From a virus (Duplodnaviria; Heunggongvirae; Uroviricota; Caudoviricetes), in IMG/VR virus record IMGVR_UViG_2645727901_000008: a DNA stretch of 64,000 nucleotides; one strand, given 5' to 3'. The position numbers and the translations under genes are program-made. Shown here piece after piece: positions 38,984-48,900 of the stretch (position 1 is its first letter; the number at the start of each line of letters is the position of its first letter). The notes beneath the pieces were generated by a model. It was given only the letters and a program-made list of their open reading frames with translations. It was not told the DNA's origin and did not search any database.

Positions 38984-39314
38984 TTTGACACCCCCAGCGC
39001 GAGTAAAGAATGCAGATTATCGCGTGAGTGGCGGACAACGAGTGATGGGAAAAGACAGTAGCTGTTCATAGTGTAGTGACTCCTTGCTTTCGGAGCCGCC
39101 ATCGACTGTTCCACGGTCTGGTGGCGGCGCAATAAAGGCTGGAACACCGTGAGTCAACGGGGGCTTTTCAGCCACCTATATTGCACCGCCATAGGTATAG
39201 CGGCGGCAATAATACGAAAAACTAAACAGTTTGTCTCAAAAAGTTGACCGGTGTGCCAATCGGTAGTGAATGTACATCGGAGAAATTTACAATTCAACTT
39301 AAAATGTTAGAAAA

Positions 39315-39893
39315 CTAATTTATCAATTCAATCGCCATCTGATACAACGTCATTTCATCGGCATTGTGCCGCATGAAATCTGCTTTTCCGCCTATTTTTC
39401 CGTCAGCATGAACAGGGACCAGCCAGGGATATTGTTCTCGGACCTCGGCTGGCGCTGCGTACTGGTGGTGCCATTTACACAAAGGGAGGACATATTTATG
39501 CGCGTTCTCTGCCGTTCTCCCGAAGATATGGTGCAGGGATACTACTGGGCTATGTTGTCCGTGAATATGGCAGGCAATGCAGGGGAGAGTACCGATAGCG
39601 GTCTGTATCCGGCGTTCATCAGCTGTGAGTGATCTGCCCTTCAGGCCGCGTGACGTGCGTGTTTTTTTGGGCGGAGCGGATACAGCTTTATCTTTTCTCC
39701 GCTGTTCATATTGCTTTGCTTTTTCAATTTTCTTTTGCCGATATTCAGGCGATGCGGCTTTTTCTCTCGCTCGCTGCTGCTGGCGTTGAGCTTGTTGAAG
39801 GCGCTTTGCCCTTTGTTCCTCTCGCCAGGCCGGGTCAGCCAATTTTTGCATGGCTTTTTGTCTCTGTTTCTCCCAATAGCTCTGTTTCTGCAT
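39315..39893 (-). CDS. ref: Ref-like HNH endonuclease (recombination enhancement function)
   Basis: Basic disordered N-terminus plus SRGLKGRSLTADERRIQTAIGTLPCIACHIHG...SLHHIFGRTA...LPLCKWHHQYAAPAEVREQYPWLVPVHADG, matching P1 Ref as recalled. Confidence 0.9.
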   Translation of the reverse strand: MQKQSYWEKQRQKAMQKLADPAWREEQRAKRLQQAQRQQQRAREKAASPEYRQKKIEKAKQYEQRRKDKAVSAPPKKTRTSRGLKGRSLTADERRIQTAIGTLPCIACHIHGQHSPVVSLHHIFGRTAENAHKYVLPLCKWHHQYAAPAEVREQYPWLVPVHADGKIGGKADFMRHNADEMTLYQMAIELIN

Positions 39894-39937
39894 GATGGCA
39901 GTCTCTTACTTTTCAATGATTTTTCTATGATTGATCA

Positions 39938-39975
39938 AAACTGTTAGATATTCAAAATTGATTTTCTAACACAAA
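39938..39975. promoter_or_regulatory. Operator-like motifs between divergent ref and early-operon promoters (ctgttagatattc; attgaTTTTCTAACAcaaaac)
   Basis: TTTTCTAACA family; about 45-80 bp upstream of the ref start. Confidence 0.5.
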
Positions 39976-40010
39976 ACATTAATATCATTCCTGATAACTG
40001 TTTGGAGGAC

Positions 40011-40166
40011 ATGATGCTTATAGCTTTAAGTGCGATCCACCAGCCATCTGTGAATGAAATTGGCCTGTTCTATGTGTTGTTTTTCGGGGCGTTGGCGCTA
40101 CTTGAGCTTGGTATTGAGCTTTTCGCAGTGCTTATGTTTTGCGTCACGATTTTGGGGAAATTTTGA
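40011..40166 (+). CDS. Small hydrophobic peptide (54 aa)
   Basis: GGAGGA RBS then ATG at 40011; stop overlaps the next ATG (TGATG); one or two TM helices. Confidence 0.4.
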   Translation: MMLIALSAIHQPSVNEIGLFYVLFFGALALLELGIELFAVLMFCVTILGKF

Positions 40167-40789
40167 TGGTGAAACGAGTTTTGAAAATTTACATCGCGGG
40201 GCCGATGACTGGTTATCCAGATTACAACCGTGCTGCGTTTAATGCGAAAGCGAGCGAGCTGATGGCTGAAGGGCATATCGTTCTGAATCCAGCTGTGTTA
40301 CCTGGTGGCCTTTGTCAGAGTGAATACATGGATATTTGCCTGGCAATGGTGCGTTCTGCTGATGCGATCTACTTGCTCAATCGATGGGAGGAATCGATTG
40401 GTGCTCGTGCAGAGCACGCGCTGGCTGAAAAGCTGGGGCTGACTGTAATTTATGAATCACCAACCAACATTGAATGCCAGGTTGCTCCGCATATTTACCG
40501 GGAACTGGTCAATGCGTTACGTGATGTTGCTATTGAATGTCACGGCACGGATCAGCTTCGCGCTCGCTTAAGCCAAACCCTTTCCAGTTACCTGTCTTTG
40601 GCTGAAGGATACAACCTCCGACAGCGAAGAATGGTCAAATTAATCACTCTTTTATCGCAATCCCTTGCAAATGCTGAACCAACCAATCCGCTACCTGGTG
40701 ACGCAATGAATTATCTGAAGTCATGCGGTGTTGTTTCTGAAGATGCAGTTCGTTTTGTGGAGTTTATGTCTCGGAGGATGTCGGCGTGA
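40166..40789 (+). CDS. DUF4406-like (nucleoside 2-deoxyribosyltransferase-like fold) protein
   Basis: N-terminus KIYIAGPMTGYPDYNRAAFNAKASELMAEGHIVLNPA typical of DUF4406; C-terminal module shared with the ORF at 48882. Confidence 0.55.
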   Translation: MVKRVLKIYIAGPMTGYPDYNRAAFNAKASELMAEGHIVLNPAVLPGGLCQSEYMDICLAMVRSADAIYLLNRWEESIGARAEHALAEKLGLTVIYESPTNIECQVAPHIYRELVNALRDVAIECHGTDQLRARLSQTLSSYLSLAEGYNLRQRRMVKLITLLSQSLANAEPTNPLPGDAMNYLKSCGVVSEDAVRFVEFMSRRMSA

Positions 40790-41103
40790 GCTGGCGGGGA
40801 TGGGGAAGGGCAGAAATCATGATACTCCGCCAGTGCGCCGGAACTATGACGGTAGAGAGTATTGGGAAGCTGATCGGTCGTACCGGTGATGCCGTCAGGA
40901 CTAAAGCGCGGGAGCTGGGGATCAGCATGATTCTGAAAGGAGACTTTCATCCGTCAGCCAAATACCGGCAGAGCGATATAGAACTGGCACGGCAGCTTCA
41001 TCAGTGTGGTGTTCCCCGCCGTGAGATCGCGGAAAAACTCGAAATGCCCCTGGGCATGATTAATCAGTACGTTTATTTCGAAAGGAGAGTACATGAAGTC
41101 TGA
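40786..41103 (+). CDS. Hypothetical early protein
   Basis: 105-aa ORF, 4-nt overlap with upstream gene. Confidence 0.5.
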   Translation: MSWRGWGRAEIMILRQCAGTMTVESIGKLIGRTGDAVRTKARELGISMILKGDFHPSAKYRQSDIELARQLHQCGVPRREIAEKLEMPLGMINQYVYFERRVHEV

Positions 41104-41518
41104 AGGTTTAACGCCAGAGCAACTGGCGGAGCGTAACGCTCAGTATGTGACGGAAATTTCCCGTCTTGAGAAAGAGCGCGCGGCGCTGGCGGCGGAGAAT
41201 GCAGGGCTAAAGGCGATATGTGATGACTGTCGCAGGTTCATCATGAATGGTGTGCAGATGGGTTATATCAAGGTGCCAACAGCGGAAACAGATCCAGACC
41301 TTGAGACAATACGTATTGCTATATCACCACAAAAGCCCATTCCAGCCACCGATGCTTTTCTGGCTGAAGTCCGGGCACAGGGATTGGAGATGTTTGCTCA
41401 GAAATGTAACTCAAAATCAGAACAGTCGATTGCATCTGATATACGCGATAACTGGAAACTACTCGGTGAACATGCCACTGACTTTGCCGCAGAGCTTCGC
41501 AAGGGAGGGAAACAGTGA
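41093..41518 (+). CDS. Hypothetical early protein
   Basis: 141-aa ORF; segment ERAALAAENAGLK resembles the Ead/Ea22-like paralogs downstream. Confidence 0.5.
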   Translation: MKSEGLTPEQLAERNAQYVTEISRLEKERAALAAENAGLKAICDDCRRFIMNGVQMGYIKVPTAETDPDLETIRIAISPQKPIPATDAFLAEVRAQGLEMFAQKCNSKSEQSIASDIRDNWKLLGEHATDFAAELRKGGKQ

Positions 41519-41763
41519 GTAATTCAGCACGACTACAGCTTGGTTTTTCACCGCTATCAAAAACCATCGTGTTGGCAAAAATGCGTGACTTAGGGGATGG
41601 AACAAAACGTCGTGTTGGCAATGATCGCGGTCGTGATGTAACCAACGAGGCCGCTCAACTCGTCTGGCATCTGGTCATGGCAGAAGGCGGTGAAATTAAT
41701 TGGGAGCTGGATGATGGTTCGCGCATGGTATTGAAGGCAGAAAAGCAGGAGCCACCACAGTGA
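41515..41763 (+). CDS. Hypothetical early protein
   Basis: 82-aa ORF, coupled. Confidence 0.45.
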   Translation: MSNSARLQLGFSPLSKTIVLAKMRDLGDGTKRRVGNDRGRDVTNEAAQLVWHLVMAEGGEINWELDDGSRMVLKAEKQEPPQ

Positions 41764-42053
41764 ATATCGACACCACGATAACGATCGATACGGCCCTCAA
41801 CACAGGTTTGGCCCTGCTCGGTTGGTTTTACATCATGTTCAGTGCGGGGAAGTGGGCGGCCTCTGTTTTTCTAAAGCAGTGGGGAAAGCGCCGCAAACAG
41901 GAGATACGCCAGAAAGCGTTAGAGGCGTTCTATGACGCCTTTGAACTTAGCCGCATTGAGCCTGGCACAACAGCCAGGGTAGCAACAAAAGATGACCTGA
42001 TGATCGTGATGTTCCGACAGGAGAAAGCAAATGGCAGCAAAGCGAATGACTAA
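41760..42053 (+). CDS. Hypothetical membrane protein
   Basis: 97-aa ORF with N-terminal hydrophobic helix. Confidence 0.45.
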   Translation: MNIDTTITIDTALNTGLALLGWFYIMFSAGKWAASVFLKQWGKRRKQEIRQKALEAFYDAFELSRIEPGTTARVATKDDLMIVMFRQEKANGSKAND

Positions 42054-42255
42054 TCGCGAACTTGTTGATGCCGCGATTGAACTTGCTGGCGATTTTTATT
42101 CCATGATGGGGTACACGCATCGCCCAGGCTTCAAATATTGGGAGTCTCCGCACCCGCAAGAGCAACGGGTATTTCAAATGGCCTGTCGCGCTTTTGAAGT
42201 TATTCGCGGTTCTGATGTGATGGACGCGATTGCTGATTTGGAGGATGAAGAGTGA
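42031..42255 (+). CDS. Hypothetical early protein
   Basis: 74-aa ORF. Confidence 0.45.
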   Translation: MAAKRMTNRELVDAAIELAGDFYSMMGYTHRPGFKYWESPHPQEQRVFQMACRAFEVIRGSDVMDAIADLEDEE

Positions 42256-42563
42256 ACACAATTAAAGAAATGCCGGTAGAACGTGATGAATATGGCTGCT
42301 GGACACATCCGGAGTATGAGAAGTTTTGCGCAGGTCGTGAATATATTTCCACTGAGGAATTTGACGCCTGGATGAAGGAAAATAATCTTCAGTGGACTAT
42401 TCGCAGTATGGATGAAGATGATTTTGATCTGGACGCAGCTGGTCCCGATATTGCCGCCTGGGAACCGGAGCGACCAGAAGGTGAAGGCTGGTTTGTTGGC
42501 TCTATTCATGACACTGAAGATGGTCCAGTTTGTATCTGGCTGCGGGAGAAGGTTGCCGCATGA
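42252..42563 (+). CDS. Hypothetical early protein
   Basis: 103-aa ORF, coupled to the phosphatase gene. Confidence 0.45.
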   Translation: MNTIKEMPVERDEYGCWTHPEYEKFCAGREYISTEEFDAWMKENNLQWTIRSMDEDDFDLDAAGPDIAAWEPERPEGEGWFVGSIHDTEDGPVCIWLREKVAA

Positions 42564-43252
42564 TCCAAGCTATGCATGAAGTGAATTTATATAGCCGTAT
42601 TGATGGTTCTGGCTACAGAAACATATGGGTAGTTGGTGATCTGCATGGTTGCTACACCAGACTGATGTCCGAACTCCATCGTGTGGATTTTGACCCGGCG
42701 CAGGATTTACTGATATCGGTTGGCGACCTTATCGATCGCGGTACTGAAAATGTCGAATGTCTGGAACTATTACAGATGCCCTGGTTCAGGGCAGTAATGG
42801 GGAACCATGAGCGGTTGATGCTTGATGCGTTAAGTCCTGATGGCAACGTGAATAACTGGCTAATGAATGGCGGACAATGGTTCTTCATGCTGGACACTGA
42901 TCAGGAAATATTAGCCAAGGCGCTGGTGGAGCTGGTAAAGCGTCTGCCATATATCATTGAGTTGAACACCGGACATGAAACTATCGTTATAGCCCATGCC
43001 GACTATCCAGGTGGAGAGTACCAGTTCGGTAAGGATGTATCGCTTTTTGATGTTGTCTGGTCGCGCAGTCGCGTCGGTGATTCGATAGATGGCATTGGTG
43101 GAGAAATCACAGGCGCAGATCGCTTTATCTTTGGGCACACACCGGTACGAAGACCAAAAGCATACTGGAATCAGCACTACATAGACACGGGCGCGGTTTT
43201 TTGTGGAAATCTGACGCTAATGCAGGTGAAGGGAGGGCAGCTTAAAGTCTGA
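42560..43252 (+). CDS. Ser/Thr protein phosphatase (lambda-PPase / PrpA-like metallophosphoesterase)
   Basis: GDLHG, GDLIDRG, GNHE motifs; ATG at 42560. Confidence 0.85.
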   Translation: MIQAMHEVNLYSRIDGSGYRNIWVVGDLHGCYTRLMSELHRVDFDPAQDLLISVGDLIDRGTENVECLELLQMPWFRAVMGNHERLMLDALSPDGNVNNWLMNGGQWFFMLDTDQEILAKALVELVKRLPYIIELNTGHETIVIAHADYPGGEYQFGKDVSLFDVVWSRSRVGDSIDGIGGEITGADRFIFGHTPVRRPKAYWNQHYIDTGAVFCGNLTLMQVKGGQLKV

Positions 43253-43276
43253 TCAAATCATTTACGCACTCAAAAT

Positions 43277-43310
43277 GCGTTAGAACATTGATTTTAGTTT
43301 TCTAACATAT
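43277..43310 (+). promoter_or_regulatory. Operator-like motifs (gcgttagaacattg; attttagTTTTCTAACAtat)
   Basis: TTTTCTAACA family, about 40 bp upstream of the ATG at 43350. Confidence 0.45.
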
Positions 43311-43349
43311 TATTTTACCACTCGGAACAAAACAGAGTCGGTATGCATT

Positions 43350-44345
43350 ATGAGTGCAATAATCACCCCATATGTCGTAAATGAAACTGGTGTGGCTGTC
43401 TTTCCGGTAGACAAGCCCACCAGCAACTACATCGGCGCAGGTCGCCGTTTCATTATCTCACCACTTCCGCGAGAACAGGCTGAAAACACTCCAGATGGCG
43501 TAGTGGATCTGAATTATTCGCTGGTTGCCAACCAGTCGCTGAAACCATTTTTTCAAAGCGAGCGCGTATTTAACGCGTTAGGCGGTGAAGATTCGCTTGT
43601 TCATTGGGTAAGTTCCAATATCCACGATTGCCAGGCGCACGATAAGCGCGATTGCAGCCACCAGCTAACCACTCATTTCTATAACGGCTCTGCCGTTCGC
43701 CTGTGCTGGAAGCATGATGCGGAATACATGATGAAGGGGTACAGCAAGCTGGACGACCAGTTATCCCTGAATCGCGCCAACTGGGTTATGAACTGGGCTG
43801 CGAGCGAGTTAAAACTACCGCCAGAACGCGATCTGAGCATGGTTGAACTCACTTTTTGGGCCATTCGCCGGAATCTGAAAGATGAGCTGCCAGATGAAGC
43901 CGGGCGCATTGCATTTTGTCAGCCAAAAACTGAAATCCCTACCGGTACGCTGAAAGAATCAGATATCACCTGGGAGCACAGTACCCGCGAGCTGGTGGAC
44001 ATAACCGCAGAGCAGATCGTCAACCTGTCTGTAGATGAGGATTCCGGCCTGCTTTATATGCGCCGACCAAAAGCGGTCCTCGGTAAAAGCCCAGCTTATC
44101 TCCGGTTTGTGGTTTCTCGTCCGTGCATCGGATGCGGTGGCAAAGTTAACCACCCGTTCATGTACCGCGCCCGCTCGTTAAACGAACACGACCGCTGGGC
44201 TGTTCCTCTTTGTGATGACTGCGCCAGAAGCGCAGAACACGATGTCCGGGCATGGGAAAAAGCACATGGCATACGCCTTTATGTAGCCGCTAACCAGCTT
44301 TTCGACTTCGCCATCGAGCGCGGAGTGATCACGTTCAATAACTGA
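43350..44345 (+). CDS. Hypothetical protein with C-terminal Cys-rich (zinc-binding-like) region
   Basis: 331 aa; CIGCGG...PLCDDCA pattern near the C-terminus. Confidence 0.5.
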   Translation: MSAIITPYVVNETGVAVFPVDKPTSNYIGAGRRFIISPLPREQAENTPDGVVDLNYSLVANQSLKPFFQSERVFNALGGEDSLVHWVSSNIHDCQAHDKRDCSHQLTTHFYNGSAVRLCWKHDAEYMMKGYSKLDDQLSLNRANWVMNWAASELKLPPERDLSMVELTFWAIRRNLKDELPDEAGRIAFCQPKTEIPTGTLKESDITWEHSTRELVDITAEQIVNLSVDEDSGLLYMRRPKAVLGKSPAYLRFVVSRPCIGCGGKVNHPFMYRARSLNEHDRWAVPLCDDCARSAEHDVRAWEKAHGIRLYVAANQLFDFAIERGVITFNN

Positions 44346-44358
44346 TGGGAACAACGCA

Positions 44359-44658
44359 ATGAGTCAAGGTAACGGTGGTGGAGCTGCAAAGTGCAGAATC
44401 TCCACTTGTTTGATTAATGGCAGAAAAATAGAACCGTGCGCGGCGCTGGCACAATCTCTGGAGCAGGATGCTGAATACACGACGCGAAAAGGCCTGCTGA
44501 AATACAAAGTCTATAACCATGAATTAATTCATTCACAGGACCTGATCATGCTGCGGTCTGGTGAATTTTCTAAATCGCCTATTCGAGTTTCATTTTGCCC
44601 ATTCTGTGGTGAAAGTCTGAAAACGTGGGAAGCGGAGGCAACCAGTGAGCAAAATTAA
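44359..44658 (+). CDS. Small zinc-ribbon-like protein (paralog of 46151..46414)
   Basis: Shared C-terminus SFCPFCGESLKTWEAEATSE. Confidence 0.5.
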   Translation: MSQGNGGGAAKCRISTCLINGRKIEPCAALAQSLEQDAEYTTRKGLLKYKVYNHELIHSQDLIMLRSGEFSKSPIRVSFCPFCGESLKTWEAEATSEQN

Positions 44659-45103
44659 CTATCAAGAACTGCGCGAGGCGGCGGAACAGGCAACGCAAGA
44701 TGAATGGGTAGCATATATTTTGCCGGGTCATAACGGCATTTATCCTGCGCGCACGTCTGAAGGTAGGCATTGCGGATACTTTATTGACTGGCCTGGCATT
44801 GATGGACAAAGGAATGCTGGTGCTAATGCCCGTTATATCGCGGCTATCCCACCAAAAGTTGCACTGTCACTCCTAGGCGAAATTAAGCGCCTGGAGGACA
44901 AAAATATTGATGCCATGTGCCAAATTGCAGAGCTGGAGAGCAATCGCGCGGCGCTGGCGGCGGAGCATGGTATTCAGATTGCAATAAATGAACTGCTTGC
45001 TCTGGCCCCGCGTCTGGATAAACGAGCGATGGATGCACTCTCTGTGGCTGTGGAGCACCTGTGTAAACTGATTAAGAAGGAGGCAGTCAGTGAGCAAAAT
45101 TAA
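44645..45103 (+). CDS. Ead/Ea22-like protein (paralog 1)
   Basis: N-terminus MSKINYQELREAAEQATQDEW characteristic of prophage Ead/Ea22-like family. Confidence 0.6.
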   Translation: MSKINYQELREAAEQATQDEWVAYILPGHNGIYPARTSEGRHCGYFIDWPGIDGQRNAGANARYIAAIPPKVALSLLGEIKRLEDKNIDAMCQIAELESNRAALAAEHGIQIAINELLALAPRLDKRAMDALSVAVEHLCKLIKKEAVSEQN

Positions 45104-45770
45104 TTACCAGGCACTGCGTGAGGCGGCAGAAAAAGCACTACATGGTGAATGGGGTTACGAGGCAGGGGCAATCTGGAATACCTGTGATAGCGGCTATGTT
45201 CAGCACATGGCAGCGGTCGAGACTGGCGATGATGTTAGCGATGAAGAGCATATGAGCAATATGCGTTTTATCACGCTCGCCACGCCAACTGTTGTTCTTG
45301 GATTGCTTGATGAGCTTTCTGAAGCTAAAGCTGCCGAAGAGAATGAGTCCAGTTGTGCTAACAGCGTTATCGACATCGCTATCAACTGGCAGATGCGAGC
45401 CAAAGATGCAGAAGCCAAGCTGGAAGCCGCAGAGAAGCGCATTGCGGAACTGGAAACAAAAGCGAACCAGCAAACCAGAATAAGCGATAAGAATCTGACC
45501 AGGCTGATTGCCGATGCTGACAAAATGCTGGGTATGCGTTCGCCGGTTATAGACAGCGAGTGGTGGACGCTTTTACGGCAGTTCCTGATTGAACTTCAGG
45601 ATCGCCGCAGAAACAGCATTTCTGAATCTGGAATCCGTGCTGAAACCCTGAATGATTTAATCCGACATATTGACAGAAACCTGGATATTGACGCGATGAA
45701 ATCGCCGTTTGAACTGTCATCTGAAATTGTGGATTACGTTAATAGGCAACTGCACAAGGAGAATTCGTAA
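45090..45770 (+). CDS. Ead/Ea22-like protein (paralog 2)
   Basis: N-terminus MSKINYQALREAAEKALHGEW; C-terminal segment duplicated at 45990-46153. Confidence 0.6.
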   Translation: MSKINYQALREAAEKALHGEWGYEAGAIWNTCDSGYVQHMAAVETGDDVSDEEHMSNMRFITLATPTVVLGLLDELSEAKAAEENESSCANSVIDIAINWQMRAKDAEAKLEAAEKRIAELETKANQQTRISDKNLTRLIADADKMLGMRSPVIDSEWWTLLRQFLIELQDRRRNSISESGIRAETLNDLIRHIDRNLDIDAMKSPFELSSEIVDYVNRQLHKENS

Positions 45771-46150
45771 TGCAGGTGGCATTTGTTGGCCTGTTACCGC
45801 ATCCGATCCGCCTTTGGGCGGATATGTCACTCATAAAAACGCATTTTTTTACTACTGATGGCGGCATTCCGGCACCAAAGCGCCGTCATACCGGTATTGC
45901 AGCGGCACGACGAGCAGCAAAGAGACGCAGGAGAGCAAAGCGATGAAAAACCGTAAAGCAAATAAAGTGGCAAAACAGGAGGCGGCGCAGTGAACCAGCA
46001 AACCAGAATAAGCGATAAGAGCCTGACCAGACTGATTGCCGATGCGGACAAGGTGCTGGAGCGGAACACACCCGTTGCCGATGAGGAATGGTGGCAGGAT
46101 TTCCGGGCTGCAATGCTGGAACTTCAGGAACGTCGTCGGGAGGAGTTGAA

Positions 46151-46414
46151 GTGAGTGAATTAAAGTGTCGAATTAATGGCAATCAGATAGAACCGTGTGC
46201 GGTACTGGCAAAAGCACTCGAATATGGAAATCCAGCCTTTAAGAGTAAAGGCATATTTATCCCGGAACGCGTGAATATAAATACCGGCGAGCCAGGCTTA
46301 GACATTGCTCAAATTCACTCCGGCCAATATGTCGGTCGTGGTGTTGCCATGTGTTTTTGCCCGTTCTGTGGTGAAAGTCTGAAAACATGGAAAAAGGAGG
46401 CAACCAGTGAGTGA
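46151..46414 (+). CDS. Small zinc-ribbon-like protein (paralog of 44359..44658)
   Basis: GTG start at 46151 (MSELKCRINGNQIEPCAVLA...); ends CFCPFCGESLKTWKKEATSE. Confidence 0.5.
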   Translation: MSELKCRINGNQIEPCAVLAKALEYGNPAFKSKGIFIPERVNINTGEPGLDIAQIHSGQYVGRGVAMCFCPFCGESLKTWKKEATSE

Positions 46415-46961
46415 AGTTAACTATCAGGCACTGCGTGAGGTGGCAGAGGCCGCGAAGGGGGATACGACGTGGCAGAACCTACAGGCTTTTCATGCTGCGG
46501 CAACGCTGGAGGTTGTGCAGGCGTTGCTGGATGAAAACGAAAGACTGTGTCGCGATCTGATAGCTCGTAATGGTGAGATTGAAGGGCTTCGGGAGTGGGC
46601 AGAAGAACTGGAGGCACGGGAAGTGGCTTTGCCAGTAGCGTCATGCATTGTTGAAGATGGATGCATGTGTGTTGATGGGTTCAGTGAGTATGTAGGTCAC
46701 TCGCTACCTGATGGAATGCATGAGCTTTATGCTGCCCCACCAGCGTCGGTAGTGCCGGAAGGACTAGTTAAAGCAGTGCGTTTCTATGAACAGGTAAAGT
46801 GTGAGAATCCGCCAGTCGAAACCGGAGCATGGAAAGACGCTATTGACTGGGTGCTCAAAGAGGCTTGCCAGGCTGTAAACATTGGCATCAAAGGAGAGAG
46901 ATATGGCAACTTTAACAAAAAAAGAACAAGCATGGTTGAACGAATTACAGGACGTTCTTGA
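46407..46961 (+). CDS. Ead/Ea22-like protein (paralog 3)
   Basis: N-terminus MSEVNYQALREVAEAAKGD. Confidence 0.55.
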   Translation: MSEVNYQALREVAEAAKGDTTWQNLQAFHAAATLEVVQALLDENERLCRDLIARNGEIEGLREWAEELEAREVALPVASCIVEDGCMCVDGFSEYVGHSLPDGMHELYAAPPASVVPEGLVKAVRFYEQVKCENPPVETGAWKDAIDWVLKEACQAVNIGIKGERYGNFNKKRTSMVERITGRS

Positions 46962-47166
46962 TCGCTGTCCGTCACCGAAAAAAATAGGCTTTTACACCAT
47001 TGGCGATAAAAACATTTACCTGTATGACCTACGCCGCATGGATGTAATCATGGAGGCTCTTGATAATCGTTCGTCGATGGATTGGTGTGCTGCTGTCCAT
47101 GATATGAATGCCGGATTTGATGAAACGATTTTGTTCCCCTCATCAGTTGAAAGCACTGCGGGTTAA
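46903..47166 (+). CDS. Hypothetical protein
   Basis: Likely start MATLTKKEQAW within track ORF 46882..47166. Confidence 0.4.
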   Translation: MATLTKKEQAWLNELQDVLDRCPSPKKIGFYTIGDKNIYLYDLRRMDVIMEALDNRSSMDWCAAVHDMNAGFDETILFPSSVESTAG

Positions 47167-47176
47167 GGAGTAACAC

Positions 47177-47560
47177 ATGACCACTATTACCAAAGAACGT
47201 ATTGAATTGTTCATTAAAAATCCGCTTGAAAACGGACTTACCCGTGGCGAACAAATGGAACTGGCACGAATTGCACTGGCCTCGCTTGAGGCAGAGCCAG
47301 TTGGTGCATTCCACATTGCTGAACAGCAAGTTGACGGCACAAGTGACTACATCAAGGATGGGGAGTGGCCTATTGATAATGGGACAATTGAAGTCTACGC
47401 CGCCCCGCCAGTACCGGTAGTACCTGCTGCATTACCTGAGAACGACGATGAGGACGGGCAGGACATTGATTATCTTGAGCCATCTGAAGTTTACGCGCTT
47501 GGGCGAACAGCTGGCTGGAACGCCTGCCGTGCTGCCATGCTTAAGGGAGATAAATCATGA
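47177..47560 (+). CDS. Hypothetical protein
   Basis: 127-aa ORF. Confidence 0.5.
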   Translation: MTTITKERIELFIKNPLENGLTRGEQMELARIALASLEAEPVGAFHIAEQQVDGTSDYIKDGEWPIDNGTIEVYAAPPVPVVPAALPENDDEDGQDIDYLEPSEVYALGRTAGWNACRAAMLKGDKS

Positions 47561-47928
47561 TTAATCGTACCAAGCTGGAGCACATCCTCGAATATGCCAG
47601 ACAGCAGAAGCGCTTTGGTCAGCATTGCAAAATTCCGCCAGGAGATATGGTTGAAATCGTGGAGATTGCCATGCGTAAGGCTGGCAACTATCCGGTAACT
47701 CCGGATAGTTGGATAAGCTGTAGTGATCGAATGCCTGAAAAGGGCCAGAACGTGCTTATTTCGGTGAATTTCGATAGCTCTCTGGTTGAACCGCTAATAT
47801 GCTCCGCACGCTATACCGGAAGCACCTTTCGGCGCGGAGATGCAACGATTAAGCCGGGTAATGGTATTGAGCAAGCAACTCACTGGATTCCGCTACCGGA
47901 ACCGCCGCAGGAGGTTAACCGTGGCTAA
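47557..47928 (+). CDS. DUF551-like protein
   Basis: C-terminal HWIPLPEPP motif typical of prophage DUF551 proteins. Confidence 0.5.
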   Translation: MINRTKLEHILEYARQQKRFGQHCKIPPGDMVEIVEIAMRKAGNYPVTPDSWISCSDRMPEKGQNVLISVNFDSSLVEPLICSARYTGSTFRRGDATIKPGNGIEQATHWIPLPEPPQEVNRG

Positions 47929-48202
47929 CCTGCAACTTGCCGTCAAAGGTGAATACTTCGATGCCATGATTCGCGGGGAGAAAACAGAAGAATATCGCCT
48001 GTGTAATGACTACTGGAATAAGCGAATTATGTTCCGGGAATATGACCGCCTGATTATCACAAAGGGATATCCGAAGCGCGACGATTCCAGTCGCAGAATA
48101 GACGTCCCGTATAACGGATATGAAATCAAGACAATCACACATCCGCACTTCGGTGATAAACCGGTAAAGGTGTTCGCGATAAAAGTGAAGATTAATAGCT
48201 AA
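47921..48202 (+). CDS. ASCH-domain-like protein
   Basis: MANLQLAVKGEYFDAMIRGEKTEEYR... pattern of ASCH domains; start assumed at GTG 47921. Confidence 0.5.
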   Translation: MANLQLAVKGEYFDAMIRGEKTEEYRLCNDYWNKRIMFREYDRLIITKGYPKRDDSSRRIDVPYNGYEIKTITHPHFGDKPVKVFAIKVKINS

Positions 48203-48225
48203 ATTTCAATTAACACGGAGTAATT

Positions 48226-48519
48226 ATGTGGCGCGGTAATAATCATGGCGGAAGCCAGATGATACTTACCGAATATACGTTCGACCCCAAAACCTATAAA
48301 TCACGTTCAGTATATTTGCTTCGGCACAATAGCCGCGTAAGGAATACCGTGCTGGAGCAAAATCTGACCGTTGAAATGGATAATTTTGGGAACTTCAAGC
48401 CAACAATTGCGCTTGATGATTTTCCGCGTGGTTTAAGCGAAAGAGAAGCAATGCTGAAATTAGCAGAATGGCTACAAAGATTAAGCATTGCTATTGAAGA
48501 TAACTGGTCTGAACCTTAA
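48226..48519 (+). CDS. Hypothetical protein
   Basis: 97-aa ORF. Confidence 0.45.
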   Translation: MWRGNNHGGSQMILTEYTFDPKTYKSRSVYLLRHNSRVRNTVLEQNLTVEMDNFGNFKPTIALDDFPRGLSEREAMLKLAEWLQRLSIAIEDNWSEP

Positions 48520-48525
48520 ATTTAT

Positions 48526-48900
48526 ATGATGACACTAAAACATTTTCTTGACCGCCCATTATGGGCGGCAGCCGCAGGCTATGATTTTAATTATATGGAT
48601 TGCATGTCTTATACTGCCAATGCATACGACCATTCGTTCAGCCTGCTGTTTAATTCTTTAAGAATATTGCCGGAAACAGAAGTTGGAGAGCTTCATTTAT
48701 GGCTATTGGGTTTTATCGCGGCTGTCGTTGGTATTGCTGTATGGCCTTTTATTTTCTGGCTGGTGGCTGTTGTAGTGTGGTTTAAGTGCAAGACATACCG
48801 GAAAAAGTATTTCTTAGGTGATGGAATGACTGATATTGCCAAAATGAACATTGAAAAATGGACTAAGGAATGTGAAAAGAAATGGCGCAAAAAGAAATGA
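48526..48900 (+). CDS. Hypothetical membrane protein
   Basis: Two predicted TM helices (LWLLGFIAAVVGIAVWPFIFWLVAVVVWF). Confidence 0.5.
   Translation: MMTLKHFLDRPLWAAAAGYDFNYMDCMSYTANAYDHSFSLLFNSLRILPETEVGELHLWLLGFIAAVVGIAVWPFIFWLVAVVVWFKCKTYRKKYFLGDGMTDIAKMNIEKWTKECEKKWRKKK

Noticed and set aside
38843-39061. Track ORF 38843..39061 (+)
   Set aside because: No RBS, odd composition; the opposite strand carries a more plausible 55-aa ORF with an AUG start in the ref-downstream transcript.
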